DNA of 64,000 nucleotides from Candidatus Vogelbacteria bacterium (GTDB taxonomy: Bacteria; Patescibacteriota; Minisyncoccia; Phycocordibacterales; XYD1-FULL-46-19). Position 1 is the first letter of the stretch, and the number at the start of each line of letters is the position of its first letter. The DNA lies in NCBI GenBank assembly GCA_903864935.1, contig CAIPHT010000006.1, forward strand, positions 37,129 through 101,128, written 5' to 3'. Shown piece after piece: positions 6,078 to 14,650 of the stretch. The position numbers and the translations under genes are program-made. Below the pieces are notes generated by a model. That model was given only the letters and a program-made list of their open reading frames with translations, was not told the DNA's origin and ran no database searches.

Positions 6078-9056
6078 ATGGAAAAAAAATCTAAATACGA
6101 TCATAAAAAGATCGAGGCCAAGTGGCAAAAGAAATGGGTAAAAGATAAAACTTACGAGACCAAGGACCCTTCGACAGGCTCAGGGCGAGCGGGAAGTAAG
6201 AAGCCCAAGGCCTATGTTCTCGACATGTTCCCATACCCCTCTGGTGACGGACTTCACGTTGGGCATCCTAAGGGCTATATTGCCACTGATATTTACTCCC
6301 GTTTCAAGCGCATGAACGGTTTTAACGTCTTGCACCCGATGGGTTGGGACGCTTTTGGTTTGCCAGCCGAGAATTATGCCATTAAGAACAAGATTAATCC
6401 TGAGGTCGCCGTTAAGAAAAATGTTAAACGCTTTAGAGAACAAATAGACAAAATTGGTTTTGATTATGATTGGTCGCATGAGATTAATACCACTGACCCC
6501 AAGTACTATAAATGGACACAATGGATTTTCTTACAATTATATAAAAAGGGGCTCGCTCATGAGTCTTGGGAGCCAATTAATTGGTGCCCATCGTGCAAGA
6601 CAGGTCTCGCCAATGAAGATCTTGAGAATGGTAAATGTGAGCGCTGTGGCTCTGAAGTAGAGAAGAAGCCCATGCGTCAATGGATTCTTAAGATTACCGA
6701 TTATGCCGAACGTTTGCTCTCCGACTTAGATGCTCTTAATTGGCCCGAATCCGTCAAGGAATCTCAACGCAATTGGATTGGCAAAAGTGAAGGTTCCGAA
6801 ATTTCCTTCCCGATCAAAACAAAATATAAGTATGTCTTACTCCACGGCTGGCGCAGTAGCTCTAAGACCTGCTTCTTCCCTTGGCTTAAGAAAGAGCTCG
6901 AGGCCGAGGGTCATGAGGTTATCGCTCTTGATATGCCTCACCCACTGCTACCTGATGTCGTAGAGCAAGCGGATTATGTTTTGTCGAAGGTCAAATTCGA
7001 TGAGAACACAATTCTTTTGGGCCACTCACTTGGTTCTGTTGTCTCTTATCGCATCTTAGAAAAACTTAAGACACCAATTCATAAATTAATTTTGGTCGCC
7101 GGTTTAATTGAGCCTAAATTCCGCGACCATGACCGCTTGCTTGCCAAGTATTTAATGAGTTGGAAATTTGATTTTGAGAAAATTAAGAAAACTGTTGGCG
7201 AAATTGTCATTCTTGAAGACAATAATGACGTTATCATCCCCGATGGCGAATCGAATGTGATAAAACAGGCCCTTGGTGGTTATAATTACCGCCTAGAGGC
7301 CGAGAAAGCCCATTTCTGCGGGACGGTTGAACCTTTGGTCTTAGAGCACAGCCTCGACAAGATCAAGGTCTTCACCACTCGGGCCGACACCTTGTTTGGT
7401 GCGACTTATTTAGTCGTGGCGCCTGAACATCCGATAATTGAGAGGTTGTCTCCTCAGATTGATAATATCAAAGAAGTTAGAAAATATGTCGCCAAGGCCA
7501 GCAAGCGAACAGAAATTGAGCGAACAGCTGAAGGCAAAGACAAAACAGGAGTTAAACTTGAAGGTCTAACAGCCATTAATCCAGTTAATAACAAAGAAAT
7601 TCCCATTTGGGTCGCCGATTATGTTCTCCCTGATTACGGCACAGGAGCAATTATGGCTGTTCCGGCTCACGACGAACGCGACTATCAGTTTGCGAAGAAA
7701 TTTAATCTGCCGGTTATCCAAGTTATTGGTGAGGACTTGCCAACCAGACTAGAAAATTGGGGGCAAGCCTATGCTGGTTATGGTAAATTAATTAATTCTG
7801 GTAATTTCACCGGGATGGAGAGTACCAAGGCGAAGGGAGCAATTACCAAACTCGCTCGGGGGCAAATGGTCACCAAATACAAACTTCGTGACTGGGTCTT
7901 CTCGCGTCAACGTTATTGGGGCGAACCGATCCCAATTATTCATTGCCCTAAGTGTGGTGTTGTGCCCGTCCCCGAGAAAGAATTACCCGTCGTTCTACCT
8001 AAAGTGAAGAGCTATGAGCCAACTGGCACAGGGGAGTCACCGCTGGCCGCTATCTCTAAGTGGGTCAATGTGAAGTGTCCGATTTGTGGCGAGAAGGCCA
8101 AACGTGAGACCAATACCATGCCTCAGTGGGCCGGGTCATCTTGGTATCATCTGCGTTATATTGATCCGAAGAATAACAAGGCTCTCGTTGATAAAAAGAA
8201 AGAGAAATATTGGTCACCGGTAGACGTGTATGTTGGTGGCACCGAGCACGCCACTCGTCACTTAATCTACGCTCGCTTCTGGCACAAATTCCTCTTCGAT
8301 ATCGGAGCGGTGAGCCAAACCGAACCTTATGCTCGACTTAAAAATCAGGGGATGATCTTGGGTGCCGACAACCGCAAAATGAGTAAGCGTTGGGGTAATG
8401 TTATTAACCCCGATGATATTGTGCGCGATTTTGGCGCTGACACTCTCCGCGTTTATGAGATGTTTATGGGACCCTTCGAGCAAGGCGCGTCATGGAGTAC
8501 TGATAACTTAATGGGCGCGAGACGCTTTGTGGAGAAAGTTTGGAGATTAAGTCAACGACTTCGCACAGCTGGTTCATCAAGTAAAGCCCTTGAGGTCTTA
8601 CTCCACAAAACTATCAAGCAAGTCACTTCAGATATCGATAATTTCAACTACAACACGGCCATCTCGGCGCTCATGATATTAACGAATGAGTGGGAAAAAG
8701 TTGGGGGCGTAACTAAAGAAGATTGGCTAATTTTTCTCAAATTATTCGCACCTTTTGCTCCGCACTTAGCCGAAGAGTTGTGGTCTAATCCGCCAGCTGG
8801 CGGAGGACAAAAAGGTTCTATCCACCTCGCCAAGTGGCCAGAATTTGATGAGAAGAAGCTCGTGAGCGACACCGTCACCCTCGTCATCCAAGTTAACGGC
8901 AAAACCAGAGAATCAATTATTGTAGACAGGGACACCTCACAAGAAGAGGCCGTAAAAATGGCTCTAAATAACGATATTATTAAAAAATGGGTGGGTGAAG
9001 TCGTACCCAAGAAGATAATTTATGTACCCAATCGTTTGCTCAATCTGGTCGTCTAA
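6078..9056 (+). CDS. leuS: Leucyl-tRNA synthetase carrying an inserted YdeN/RBBP9-type serine-hydrolase (alpha/beta-hydrolase) domain, nt about 6822-7346.
   Basis: HIGH motif HVGHPKGY, Zn motif CPSCK...CERCG, CP1 hallmarks VFTTRADT and AVPAHDERD, KMSKS as KMSKRW, and a C-terminal anticodon-binding domain. Between NWIGKSEGSEISFPI and KVFTTRADT there are about 175 residues, where E. coli has about 10. These align along their length with B. subtilis YdeN (LHGW.SS..FFPWLKK.L...G..V.ALDMP.P..P; GHSLG nucleophile elbow). The ORF track starts at the TTG at 6072; the ATG at 6078 is the more likely start. Confidence 0.9.
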   Translation: MEKKSKYDHKKIEAKWQKKWVKDKTYETKDPSTGSGRAGSKKPKAYVLDMFPYPSGDGLHVGHPKGYIATDIYSRFKRMNGFNVLHPMGWDAFGLPAENYAIKNKINPEVAVKKNVKRFREQIDKIGFDYDWSHEINTTDPKYYKWTQWIFLQLYKKGLAHESWEPINWCPSCKTGLANEDLENGKCERCGSEVEKKPMRQWILKITDYAERLLSDLDALNWPESVKESQRNWIGKSEGSEISFPIKTKYKYVLLHGWRSSSKTCFFPWLKKELEAEGHEVIALDMPHPLLPDVVEQADYVLSKVKFDENTILLGHSLGSVVSYRILEKLKTPIHKLILVAGLIEPKFRDHDRLLAKYLMSWKFDFEKIKKTVGEIVILEDNNDVIIPDGESNVIKQALGGYNYRLEAEKAHFCGTVEPLVLEHSLDKIKVFTTRADTLFGATYLVVAPEHPIIERLSPQIDNIKEVRKYVAKASKRTEIERTAEGKDKTGVKLEGLTAINPVNNKEIPIWVADYVLPDYGTGAIMAVPAHDERDYQFAKKFNLPVIQVIGEDLPTRLENWGQAYAGYGKLINSGNFTGMESTKAKGAITKLARGQMVTKYKLRDWVFSRQRYWGEPIPIIHCPKCGVVPVPEKELPVVLPKVKSYEPTGTGESPLAAISKWVNVKCPICGEKAKRETNTMPQWAGSSWYHLRYIDPKNNKALVDKKKEKYWSPVDVYVGGTEHATRHLIYARFWHKFLFDIGAVSQTEPYARLKNQGMILGADNRKMSKRWGNVINPDDIVRDFGADTLRVYEMFMGPFEQGASWSTDNLMGARRFVEKVWRLSQRLRTAGSSSKALEVLLHKTIKQVTSDIDNFNYNTAISALMILTNEWEKVGGVTKEDWLIFLKLFAPFAPHLAEELWSNPPAGGGQKGSIHLAKWPEFDEKKLVSDTVTLVIQVNGKTRESIIVDRDTSQEEAVKMALNNDIIKKWVGEVVPKKIIYVPNRLLNLVV

Positions 9057-9148
9057 TCCACATCAAAGTGGGGCAAGAGCGACCTTTATTAGACCACAGG
9101 TTGACAACATTTGACTTATTGTGGGTTTAATGATACAACTATATCACT

Positions 9149-10180
9149 ATGAATATATTATATAAAGATATAACAAAGAAGCTTCTGGCTGAATTGCCAG
9201 TTCGCAGTCGTGATGTTCTCACCAAACGTTATGGTTTGGGCAAGGTCTCCAAGCGCGAGACACTTGAGGCTATTGGCGGTGAATACAAGATCACCCGCGA
9301 GCGTGTTCGTCAGATCGAAGCCTTTGCTATTAATCTTATTAAGAAATCCAAGTCTTATGCCGGCGCCGAAGCCGCTTTTACCCAACTCAAGAAATCTATG
9401 GACGAGTTTGGAGGTGTCGTTCACGAGCAAATGTTCCTCGAATCTCTCGCCAAGGACAAGACAACTCAGAACCATATTCACTTCATCTTGGTTGTCTCTG
9501 ATGCCTTTACTAAACTCAAAGAGGACGAGAACTTCCATTACCGTTGGACCACCAACCCTGATCTTGCCGTTAAAGTTCATCAATCATTACAAAATCTCTG
9601 CTCCAACTTCTCTGAGGGCGACCTCGTATCCGAACCAGAGCTCGTCAACAAGTTCTTGGTTGAACTCAAGAGTGTCAAAGACACCTCTGATGATCCTAAG
9701 GTTGACCGTTTTGCCAACAAGTGGCTCTCGCTATCCAAACTCTTAGCCAAGAATCCGCTTGGCGAATGGGGTCTCGCTGCTTCGCCTAATATCCGTATGC
9801 GCGGTATCCGCGATTACGCCTACTTGGTTCTCCGTCAGAACAAAGCGCCGATGCATTTTGCTGAGGTTGCCAAAATGATCAACAAAACTTTCCACCGTGA
9901 GGCTCATCCTGCCACCTGTCACAACGAATTGATTAAGGACAACCGTTTTGTTCTCGTTGGTCGTGGTCTCTACGCGCTCACCGAATGGGGTTACTCTAAG
10001 GGCACCGTTATTGAAGTTATCCAACGTCTGATCAAAGAGAATGGCCCCCTAACTCGTGACGAAGTCTTAGCTAAAGTGTTGAAAGAGCGCCAAGTGAAGA
10101 GCAACACTATCCTCGTTAATCTTCAGAATCCTAAATTCTTCAAGAAAAATTCTGACGGCAAGTTTGCTATTGCGAAGTAA
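9149..10180 (+). CDS. Protein with a sigma-70 region-4-like HTH domain at the N-terminus; the remainder is unknown.
   Basis: LTKRYGL...ETLEAIG...ITRERVRQIE matches the region-4 HTH consensus. 343 aa. Terminator at 10194-10236. Confidence 0.5.
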   Translation: MNILYKDITKKLLAELPVRSRDVLTKRYGLGKVSKRETLEAIGGEYKITRERVRQIEAFAINLIKKSKSYAGAEAAFTQLKKSMDEFGGVVHEQMFLESLAKDKTTQNHIHFILVVSDAFTKLKEDENFHYRWTTNPDLAVKVHQSLQNLCSNFSEGDLVSEPELVNKFLVELKSVKDTSDDPKVDRFANKWLSLSKLLAKNPLGEWGLAASPNIRMRGIRDYAYLVLRQNKAPMHFAEVAKMINKTFHREAHPATCHNELIKDNRFVLVGRGLYALTEWGYSKGTVIEVIQRLIKENGPLTRDEVLAKVLKERQVKSNTILVNLQNPKFFKKNSDGKFAIAK

Positions 10181-10193
10181 ACCCCTCCTTTCT

Positions 10194-10236
10194 CCCGCCA
10201 GACCTTAAGTGAGCCCAAGGTCTGGCGGGTTTTTTG
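10194..10236 (+). terminator. Rho-independent terminator.
   Basis: CCCGCCAGACC-loop-GGTCTGGCGGG followed by TTTTTTG. Confidence 0.65.
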
Positions 10237-10258
10237 TCATTAATGTATAATAAAGTTA

Positions 10259-11461
10259 ATGCAAGTTGTTTTTTGGGCTCTCACTTATTTTGTTTATTTT
10301 CTGCCCTTCGCTTTAGCCTATCTGACGTGGGTATTTTATCTGTACTATATCAGAGAAAAATATATCAACGACGAGCCCCGCATTCTGCTCGAGATCAAAA
10401 TTCCTAAAGAAGTAACTAAGTCGCCCAAAGCGATGGAACTTTTTTATGAAGTGATGGAGCAAGGCTACGAAGGTGAGTTGATCGACCGATACATCAAGGG
10501 GAGCATACGTGGCTGGTTTTCAATGGAGCTAGTCTCGATTGGCGGACAAATTCATTTCTATTTTAATATCCCAAAATTTTTCCAAAATGTGATTGAGGCT
10601 CGACTCTACTCTCAATATCCAGAGGTGGAGATAAGTTTAGTGGAGCAAGATTATACTAAAGAGGTCACCTTCGGCCAGCCCGGCTCACCGTGGGATGTGA
10701 AAATTTGGGAATATGTTTTGGATGAGAAAGATGAGGCTCTGCCTATCAAGACCTATATCGATTACGAGATGGACCGCGACCCTAAAGAAGAATTCAAGAT
10801 CGAACCAATGACTCCAATGTTAGAATTTTTGGCCTCAGTTAAGCCTTTTGAGCGCGTCTGGATCCAGATCATGATTATGGCCGCAAAAAAACGAGTACCA
10901 ATGTATAACGACAAAGACAAGAAAACTGAAATGGTAACTTGGAACAAGAAAGGTAAAGAATTAGTAGAAAAGTTATCCAGACGTGATACCAAAGAAAGCG
11001 ACTTAGCCAAAGCCTGGACCAAAAATGTAAGCACCGATGCCGAGCGAGATGCGCTCAAGTCTGTTCAACGCAATCTAAACAAAATACCATTTGATGTCGG
11101 GATACGCGCCGTCTACGCCTCAAGCCAAGGTTTGAAGCCGGCAACAGGGGTAGGTCTTAATTCATCTTTCAAACAATATGGCTCTAATAATCTAAATCGC
11201 TTCAAGGCTAAGATCCAAACCAGTTATGACAACCCTTGGCAAGATCCTTGGGGTTGGCGGGCCAAGCGTTTGCAACTTAGGCACTTCCAATATTATTGCA
11301 ATCGTTCTTATTTCTATCCTCCAGCAAGTAAAAAACCAATCGGACTCTCCACAGAAGAATTAGCCACCATCTACCACTTCCCAAGTAGCACCGCCAGCAC
11401 CCCAACTCTTGGCCGTATCCCATCCAAGCGTGGCGAACCACCAGAGAATTTGCCAATTTAA
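10259..11461 (+). CDS. Hypothetical protein with an N-terminal membrane anchor.
   Basis: 400 aa. Hydrophobic N-terminus (FWALTYFVYFLPFALAYLTWVFYLYY). TATAAT lies 7 nt before the ATG. Confidence 0.4.
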   Translation: MQVVFWALTYFVYFLPFALAYLTWVFYLYYIREKYINDEPRILLEIKIPKEVTKSPKAMELFYEVMEQGYEGELIDRYIKGSIRGWFSMELVSIGGQIHFYFNIPKFFQNVIEARLYSQYPEVEISLVEQDYTKEVTFGQPGSPWDVKIWEYVLDEKDEALPIKTYIDYEMDRDPKEEFKIEPMTPMLEFLASVKPFERVWIQIMIMAAKKRVPMYNDKDKKTEMVTWNKKGKELVEKLSRRDTKESDLAKAWTKNVSTDAERDALKSVQRNLNKIPFDVGIRAVYASSQGLKPATGVGLNSSFKQYGSNNLNRFKAKIQTSYDNPWQDPWGWRAKRLQLRHFQYYCNRSYFYPPASKKPIGLSTEELATIYHFPSSTASTPTLGRIPSKRGEPPENLPI

Positions 11462-11465
11462 TTTT

Positions 11466-12440
11466 ATGACTGAAGAAAGAAAACCCCTATCAGCCTGGGC
11501 AAAATTGGGCTTAACCATAATAATCACCGCGACCAGTGCCTTGGCCTTATTTGTTGTCTTGGCCGTTTTCCCGCCACGCAATTTCCCAGCCAACTCCTTC
11601 ATCCATGTTGACCGCGGTAAGACCGTCACCATGATTGGCCAAGAACTTAAAGCGAAGGGGATTATTCGCTCCGTTACCGCCTTTAAATTTTTCACCGTCC
11701 TCTTAGGTGGTGAGAAGCGAATGCAAGTCGGAACATATTTCTTCAGGCAACCAAGCTCGGTTATTAATGTCGCCCTTAAGATTACCAATCGCTTCTTAGG
11801 GATTAAGCCTTATCGAGTAACAGTGACCGAAGGTCTGTCAAATGAAAAAATTGCCAATCTCTTAGCCAAACAAATTCCCCATTTCGATAAAAAAGATTTT
11901 CTCGAGAAAACCAAGGGTTCGGAGGGTAAACTTTTTCCCGACACCTATTTCTTCTCGCCCCTCGACAATGTCGATGACATAATTTTTGAGATGAGCCAGA
12001 GCTGGCAAGAACAGACTAAAGATATTCGCGCCGAGACCCTCTTCTCGGGCAAATCTTTTGACGACATCTTAACCATGGCCTCAATTATTGAGAGAGAAAC
12101 GAGAACGGCCGAAGATCGGCGCCTCGTTAGCGGCATTCTTTGGAAGCGAATGAGTCTGGGTATGCCCCTGCAAGTTGATGCGACTTTCGAATATTACACC
12201 AAATATAATACTTATACGATAACCAAAGCCGAGATGAAGAAAGATTCGCCTTATAATACCTATACCAACAAGGGTCTACCGCCCACACCAATAGCCAACC
12301 CCGGCCTCGATTCGATCATTGCCGCCCTCCATCCAACCCAAACAGATTATCTCTATTATCTTACCGGCCGTGATGGCAAAATGTATTATGCCACCGATTT
12401 TGCTGGACATAAGAAGAATCGTCGCTTATATTTGGACTAA
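11466..12440 (+). CDS. mltG: Endolytic murein transglycosylase MltG (YceG family).
   Basis: N-terminal TM helix and a conserved C-terminal YceG motif set (NPGLDSIIAALHP...DYLYYL...G...FA.T...H..N). The start is moved from the ORF-track 11409 to the ATG at 11466 so it does not overlap the upstream gene. Confidence 0.75.
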   Translation: MTEERKPLSAWAKLGLTIIITATSALALFVVLAVFPPRNFPANSFIHVDRGKTVTMIGQELKAKGIIRSVTAFKFFTVLLGGEKRMQVGTYFFRQPSSVINVALKITNRFLGIKPYRVTVTEGLSNEKIANLLAKQIPHFDKKDFLEKTKGSEGKLFPDTYFFSPLDNVDDIIFEMSQSWQEQTKDIRAETLFSGKSFDDILTMASIIERETRTAEDRRLVSGILWKRMSLGMPLQVDATFEYYTKYNTYTITKAEMKKDSPYNTYTNKGLPPTPIANPGLDSIIAALHPTQTDYLYYLTGRDGKMYYATDFAGHKKNRRLYLD

Positions 12441-13636
12441 TGTCCACAAAAAAACAACAACGGGTATTTGTCGGTATGAGTGGCGGAGTAGACAGCTCGG
12501 TCTCGGCCGCTTTGCTTAAGCAGGCCGGTTATGAAGTAATTGGCGTTTTTATCCGTGTCTGGGAACCGGCCGGTTTTGTTTGCAACTGGAAGGAAGAGCG
12601 ACGCTGGGCGAGACGAGTAGCGGCCCACTTAGACATCCCCTTACTTACCCTCGATTTAAGCAGGGAATATAAAAAGAGAGTTGTTGATTATTTTATCTCT
12701 GAATATAAAGCTGGGCGAACACCAAATCCTGACGTGATGTGTAATAAGCATATCAAATTTGGTGTTTTCTATGATTGGGCAATGGCTCACGGTGCCGATT
12801 TTGTGGCAACGGGACACTACTCTCGCGTCGAAAAAACGCGAGAATTATCAATGATCAATTCTCAATTTTCTCAAGCCCCGGTTTCCCGAGGTGAGTCCTC
12901 AAGTGCTGTGCCCCTCGAAGCCCTTGGGCGAAGTGGGGAGCCCGAGGTCTCACCTCAAGAGGGGCTTGTTCTAGAAATTGCCAAAGACTTAAACAAGGAC
13001 CAATCATACTTCCTCTGGAATCTTAAAACCGAGCAACTCTCTAAAATCCTTTTCCCAATTGGCCAATACACCAAACCTGAAGTGCGCAAACTCGCAACAA
13101 AATTCAAACTCCCCACCGCCCTTAAAAAAGACAGTCAGGGTTTATGTTTTGTTGGCAAAATTGATTTCAAAGATTTTTTAAAACGCGAGATTAAAGAAAA
13201 AGAGGGAAATGTCTTAAATGAAAGAGGGGAAGTAATAGGCAAGCATGAAGGGGCCACCTTTTTTACCATTGGCGAAAGACATGGCTTCGAAATTAGCACC
13301 AAATCACCAAGTGAATTGCCTTATTACATCATTGCCAAAGATATTAAGAAAAATACTCTCACTGTCTCAAACAAAAATAATCAAGGGCGTGCCTTGATTA
13401 CGGAAATAAAAATAGAAAAAACAAATTGGATTTCTGATCCCCAAAAGCTACCAACTAAAAGCTACCAACTAAAAGCTAGGGTCCGCTACCGTCAACCCCT
13501 CCAAAAATGCTCACTGTTAATAGTTGATGGTCAATCGTCAATAGTCACTTTCGACCAACCCCAAATCGCCGCCCCCGGCCAATCGCTTATCTTATATCAT
13601 AAGGATATCTGCCTCGGCGGGGGAATTATTGCCTAA
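12440..13636 (+). CDS. mnmA: tRNA 2-thiouridylase MnmA, with an in-frame insertion of about 23 residues encoded by a palindromic repeat element.
   Basis: PP-loop VFVGMSGGVDSSVSA, plus DQSYFLW and a C-terminal GQSLILYHKDICLGGGII. The extra segment ...RGESSSAVPLEALGRSGEPEVSPQEG... is encoded by nt 12888-12956, which is a diverged copy of the repeat at 35667-35733. Confidence 0.85.
   Translation: MSTKKQQRVFVGMSGGVDSSVSAALLKQAGYEVIGVFIRVWEPAGFVCNWKEERRWARRVAAHLDIPLLTLDLSREYKKRVVDYFISEYKAGRTPNPDVMCNKHIKFGVFYDWAMAHGADFVATGHYSRVEKTRELSMINSQFSQAPVSRGESSSAVPLEALGRSGEPEVSPQEGLVLEIAKDLNKDQSYFLWNLKTEQLSKILFPIGQYTKPEVRKLATKFKLPTALKKDSQGLCFVGKIDFKDFLKREIKEKEGNVLNERGEVIGKHEGATFFTIGERHGFEISTKSPSELPYYIIAKDIKKNTLTVSNKNNQGRALITEIKIEKTNWISDPQKLPTKSYQLKARVRYRQPLQKCSLLIVDGQSSIVTFDQPQIAAPGQSLILYHKDICLGGGIIA
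12888..12956 (+). repeat. About 69-bp palindromic element in its full-length form, inserted in frame in mnmA. Outer arms are GAGGTGAGTCCTC / GAGGTCTCACCTC; the core CCCCTCGAAGCC..CGAAGTGGGGAG is shared with 35667-35733.
   Basis: Direct sequence comparison with the intergenic copy at 35667-35733. Confidence 0.6.
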
Positions 13637-13677
13637 ATTTGACGAAAAGAAATTAAGAGAGTTTACTTAAATCAGAC

Positions 13678-13729
13678 AGCGAGGTGTTCTCGCGCAAAAG
13701 AAAAGGGCTCAAAAAGGGAGGAAAAACCC
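13678..13729 (+). promoter_or_regulatory. Conserved leader of small-protein cassette 1: hairpin aGCGAGgtgttCTCGCg, an A-rich tract, then the SD aagggagg.
   Basis: Near-identical to 14060-14112. Confidence 0.45.
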
Positions 13730-13966
13730 ATGAGCAACGATGATAACTTTACCCCGCCGTTCATCCCGTTCGGGGAAACAAATTCGGCTGACCCAAAAGG
13801 GGAGACCGATATCCTCAGACCCGGCAGTGTATTTGGCCCTCCGGGGTCAACAATCGGCCAGCTTCAAGCTGACAGGTTCCAGCGGATTCTCGGTGGAGAT
13901 CTTTCCCGAGAAGAATTAAAGGGAACGGACATCGAGAGATTCCGGAGGGCGAAGCATGGATTGTGA
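13730..13966 (+). CDS. Small hypothetical protein (cassette 1, 78 aa).
   Basis: SD aagggagg 9 nt upstream. Leader and terminator are shared with cassette 2. GC-rich island. Confidence 0.35.
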   Translation: MSNDDNFTPPFIPFGETNSADPKGETDILRPGSVFGPPGSTIGQLQADRFQRILGGDLSREELKGTDIERFRRAKHGL

Positions 13967-13983
13967 TGCTTTGTCTTTCCCGG

Positions 13984-14023
13984 CCCCCGACACGCACCAG
14001 CGTTGTCGGGGGCAGTTTTGTTT
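13984..14023 (+). terminator. Rho-independent terminator of cassette 1.
   Basis: CCCCCGACA-cgcaccagcg-TTGTCGGGGG followed by cagTTTTGTTTG. Confidence 0.6.
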
Positions 14024-14059
14024 GACTATTTTCATTACTAAGCGTTTAATCAATTTAGA

Positions 14060-14112
14060 AGCGAGGTGTTCTCGCGAAACAAAAAAGCTCAAACAAGGGA
14101 GGAAAACAACCC
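14060..14112 (+). promoter_or_regulatory. Conserved leader of small-protein cassette 2.
   Basis: Same hairpin AGCGAGGTGTTCTCGCG, A-rich tract and SD as 13678-13729. Confidence 0.45.
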
Positions 14113-14484
14113 ATGAGCAATAGTATGAAAGTAGTTACGTTCGGAAGGAGTATCCTTTCCGGCGTCATCTTTTGCGAGATAGGAGGAACAGTTGCTTTCG
14201 CCAAAAAAGCGGGCCCCCAACCTAAGGAGGGAGAAACCTGGGAGGTAATACCTCACCGGAACGGGGATGACGGAACTTACTTCCTCCTTGAACTCCTTAA
14301 GAAAATTGAGGAGGGCCCTAAGTCCCCCTCTGTCGAAGAGATCCTTGGGACCATCAACTTCGACGGCAATGGCCCCGGTCCCGAAGGGCCACCTGAACTG
14401 CCGGAGGACTTCGACGCCGGTGGCGTTATCGAACCGAGTGACCGCCCCTGGGATGGTGGAGTTCACCGACGCTTACCAATCTGA
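14113..14484 (+). CDS. Small hypothetical protein (cassette 2, 123 aa), with a hydrophobic N-terminus and a Gly/Pro/acidic-rich C-terminus.
   Basis: SD aagggagg upstream. Preferred over the overlapping minus-strand ORF 14089-14466 because of the SD and the paralogous cassette structure. Confidence 0.35.
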   Translation: MSNSMKVVTFGRSILSGVIFCEIGGTVAFAKKAGPQPKEGETWEVIPHRNGDDGTYFLLELLKKIEEGPKSPSVEEILGTINFDGNGPGPEGPPELPEDFDAGGVIEPSDRPWDGGVHRRLPI

Positions 14485-14502
14485 ACCCGGTTTCTTTCGT
14501 TG

Positions 14503-14541
14503 CCCCCGACACGCATCAGCGTTGTCGGGGGCAGTTTTGTT
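14503..14541 (+). terminator. Rho-independent terminator of cassette 2.
   Basis: CCCCCGACA-cgcatcagcg-TTGTCGGGGG followed by cagTTTTGTTT. Paralogous to 13984-14023. Confidence 0.6.
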
Positions 14542-14650
14542 TATTCAAAAAACCCTTATTTGTCGAAGTCCAACTTCGTAAACTATACAAAACTGTTAAT
14601 AAGTGACAAATATTTTTATTTTTGGCTATTTTTTGTTACTATATTAGACA

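Noticed and set aside
11409-11465. Upstream extension of mltG
   Set aside because: It overlaps the preceding gene. The ATG at 11466 gives the expected N-terminal TM anchor of MltG.
14089-14466. Minus-strand 125-aa ORF overlapping cassette 2
   Set aside because: It has no SD. The plus-strand ORF has a perfect SD and shares its leader and terminator architecture with cassette 1. High GC inflates spurious ORF length.
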